A stretch of DNA of 8,369 bases from an uncultured archaeon (GTDB lineage Archaea; Asgardarchaeota; Jordiarchaeia; Jordiarchaeales; Jordiarchaeaceae): contig CAZECW010000007.1 of the NCBI GenBank assembly GCA_964510585.1, positions 1 to 8,369 of the forward strand. The letters run 5' to 3'. Under the pieces are notes generated by a model, which was not told where the DNA came from, did not search any database, and saw nothing but the letters and a program-made list of their open reading frames with translations. Both the position numbers and the translations under genes were made by a program. Shown here in pieces: positions 6,886 to 8,369 of this stretch; positions within the stretch are counted from its first letter, which is position 1; each line of letters starts with the position of its first letter.

Positions 6886-7737
6886 CTACCAGGAATGTTT
6901 AAGCACTTCGAAGTTGCGGCGGTCCACAAGCTCAATGACTTGACGTTTGCATCCAGTCGCACATAGTCCGCAGCCGAAACACTTAGTTAAATCAATGTAG
7001 GGCTTTTCAGCCCGAATATTAGCAGTAATGGCTCCAAACTGGCACCGAGAAACACATTGAAAACAGCCATTACAGTTCTCAGGATGAGCTATTACAGCCA
7101 CCCTTTCCCCCTTAATGAGCTGCTCTATTCCATAATCGCGACGCCAGCGAATACTTATACAGTCAGCATAGGTACAATTACATAATCCTCCAATATAGGG
7201 CGCCCCATCCCTCAAGCCAAAAGTCATAAGAGAGTGAACCATACCCTTCCTATCCCAAGTTTCTAACCATTTTTTCGCTTCCTTATCACTAACAAAGTGT
7301 ACCCCAGCAACGTATCTTGAGGGTTCCCTTTCCCACCGAAACATTCCCACACCCAACCCCAGGCAGGTCATCTTTGAGAGGTCGCGTTCAATGTAGCCGT
7401 GAAGCTGCCTACGACAATCACAGGCAATAAAGGCAATGGGACTAGCAAGATCAATCATAGTCTTCGCATCCTCCAAAGTTATAACCTGGCCAGAATTCGT
7501 GACTCTTGCCAACTGGTTCACTTTCGCTACCAGCTCCGGAAACTTTTCAGGGTTAAGATTCTTAGCCTGAATCGCCTCAATCGCCGCTAATCCCATCTGA
7601 GCCTCTAATTGTGCAGTGCCTCCTGCCCCAGAAACCTTCCTATCAGTCCTCCTTCGATGGTACATTTGGCGGGCGTAACGGCTAGCCCACTGATACCAAT
7701 ACTTACCAGTACCATGCTTGGTGCAAAAATCACACAT
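6886..7737 (-). CDS. Uncharacterised multi-Cys 4Fe-4S protein, paralogue B, 283 aa
   Basis: Same motifs as paralogue A. Start at ATG 7737 (MCDFCTKHG) matches A, with an identical 17-nt upstream sequence. The 14-aa extension in the ORF track is probably not translated. Confidence 0.9.
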   Translation of the reverse strand: MCDFCTKHGTGKYWYQWASRYARQMYHRRRTDRKVSGAGGTAQLEAQMGLAAIEAIQAKNLNPEKFPELVAKVNQLARVTNSGQVITLEDAKTMIDLASPIAFIACDCRRQLHGYIERDLSKMTCLGLGVGMFRWEREPSRYVAGVHFVSDKEAKKWLETWDRKGMVHSLMTFGLRDGAPYIGGLCNCTYADCISIRWRRDYGIEQLIKGERVAVIAHPENCNGCFQCVSRCQFGAITANIRAEKPYIDLTKCFGCGLCATGCKRQVIELVDRRNFEVLKHSW

Positions 7738-7859
7738 TCCAAAACCACTCCCAAAACCAAGAAGGTTAACAAACACCAAGGATATTAATATAGAGAATAA
7801 CTCATTATTTCTTGTTTAAGATAGAAAATGAGTAGATTTTAATAAGTTTTACCTGTAAT

Positions 7860-7998
7860 TGCTGTGTTGTATAATTTTACTTTTTCTAATGAATTTATTT
7901 AATTTTCTTAAATTTTTTCAAATTAACAATGTGAAATTGCAAAAAATTCAAAATAATATATAAATAAATTAAAAAAATAAGAATTATGCAACACAGCA
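7860..7998. mobile_element. 139-bp non-autonomous foldback MITE with 8-bp target-site duplication
   Basis: TIRs TGCTGTGTTGTATAATT (7860-7876) and reverse complement TGCTGTGTTGCATAATT (7982-7998) match at 16/17. Flanked by CCTGTAAT at 7852-7859 and 7999-8006. The AT-rich interior is imperfectly palindromic. Confidence 0.85.
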
Positions 7999-8090
7999 CC
8001 TGTAATCAATAGTTAATAAAGAAAAAACGGAACCCGAAAATTCCAGAGAGGGTGGTCGCTTCCAATTCCAATTATTCTGCGAGAATTAGT

Positions 8091-8171
8091 GTGGGTGACG
8101 CGGATGCCATGCGAGGGGGAGGGGGGATTAGGATGAAAAGAGGATAAAAAACCGATACCCACGTCACCCAC
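8091..8171. repeat. GC-rich 10-bp inverted repeat with a 61-nt purine-rich spacer
   Basis: GTGGGTGACG (8091-8100) and CGTCACCCAC (8162-8171). Confidence 0.7.
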
Positions 8172-8294
8172 GCATTATACTGTTATACTTAATAATATAT
8201 AGGTTTTTCGGTTGGTTCGGGCGACACTAGACATTTTCGGGCTTAGCGTGATAGCTTAAAGGTTATAATTGCTTAACATTAAAACTGGTGAATT

Positions 8295-8369
8295 TTGAAA
8301 AATAGATGTGTGCTCATCGAGGTTGACTACAAACCTCCTGAGAGAAGGGTTAGAAAAGCATCCACACCA
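8295..8369 (+). CDS. Possible 5' end of a divergently transcribed gene, truncated by the window edge
   Basis: TTG 8295 opens MKNRCVLIEVDYKPPERRVRKASTP to the edge. GGTGA at 8287-8291, although the spacing is short. Too little sequence to identify. Confidence 0.35.
   Translation, partial: MKNRCVLIEVDYKPPERRVRKASTP

Noticed and set aside
6434-7590. Antisense ORFs 6434..6811 and 7399..7590 sharing the N-terminus MKLPTTITGNKGNG, plus 5485..5754 and 6517..6792
   Set aside because: The shared N-terminus is a by-product of the 92-bp identical block. No SD or motif support. Dual coding as the cause of the identity cannot be formally excluded but is less parsimonious than conversion.
5637-7737. Radical SAM or selenoprotein interpretation of the Fe-S genes
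   Set aside because: No CxxxCxxC motif and no in-frame TGA at Cys positions.
5921-7754. Diversity-generating retroelement (TR/VR) explanation for the repeated sequence
   Set aside because: Differences are mostly synonymous and not adenine-specific, both copies are full genes, and there is no reverse transcriptase in the window.
7800-7833. Imperfect palindrome ACTCATT...AATGAGT upstream of paralogue B
   Set aside because: Only 7 bp perfect in very AT-rich sequence and not repeated upstream of paralogue A. It could be an operator but is unsupported.
8041-8056. TTCCAGAGAGGGTGG resembling an archaeal origin recognition box next to AT-rich DNA
   Set aside because: Only a partial single match, with no cdc6/orc1 gene in view. 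The AT-rich tract is better explained as the MITE.
1-8369. CRISPR array, tRNA, rRNA
   Set aside because: No regularly spaced repeats, cloverleaf or rRNA-like sequence was seen.

Overview
AT-rich, probably archaeal window: GGTGA/GGTGG Shine-Dalgarno motifs precede most starts, and BRE+TATA promoters are present. An anaerobic or thermophilic lineage is inferred, not shown. Left to right: (1) an IS200/IS605 element truncated by the window edge, with tnpA, a frameshifted tnpB and an IS608-like left end next to a TTAC target; (2) a toxin-first HEPN-MNT (HepT/MntA) toxin-antitoxin pair; (3) an SGNH/GDSL-fold protein lacking the canonical catalytic Asp/His, divergent from an SCP2/archaeal-type thiolase; (4) two translationally coupled ~70-aa paralogous peptides sharing the core LY-x7-C-[SG]-LY-x3-EE-x-W-x-K, with their own promoter; (5) an uncharacterised iron-sulfur module (two tandem 16-Cys paralogues, a ferredoxin and a V4R/ATC-hydrolase-like protein), whose paralogues share perfectly identical 92-bp and 82-bp blocks around a divergent segment; (6) a 139-bp foldback MITE with 17-bp TIRs and an 8-bp target-site duplication; (7) possibly the start of a divergent gene at the right edge. 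No RNA genes or CRISPR arrays were seen. The best candidate for an undescribed system is the Fe-S module together with the downstream peptide pair.
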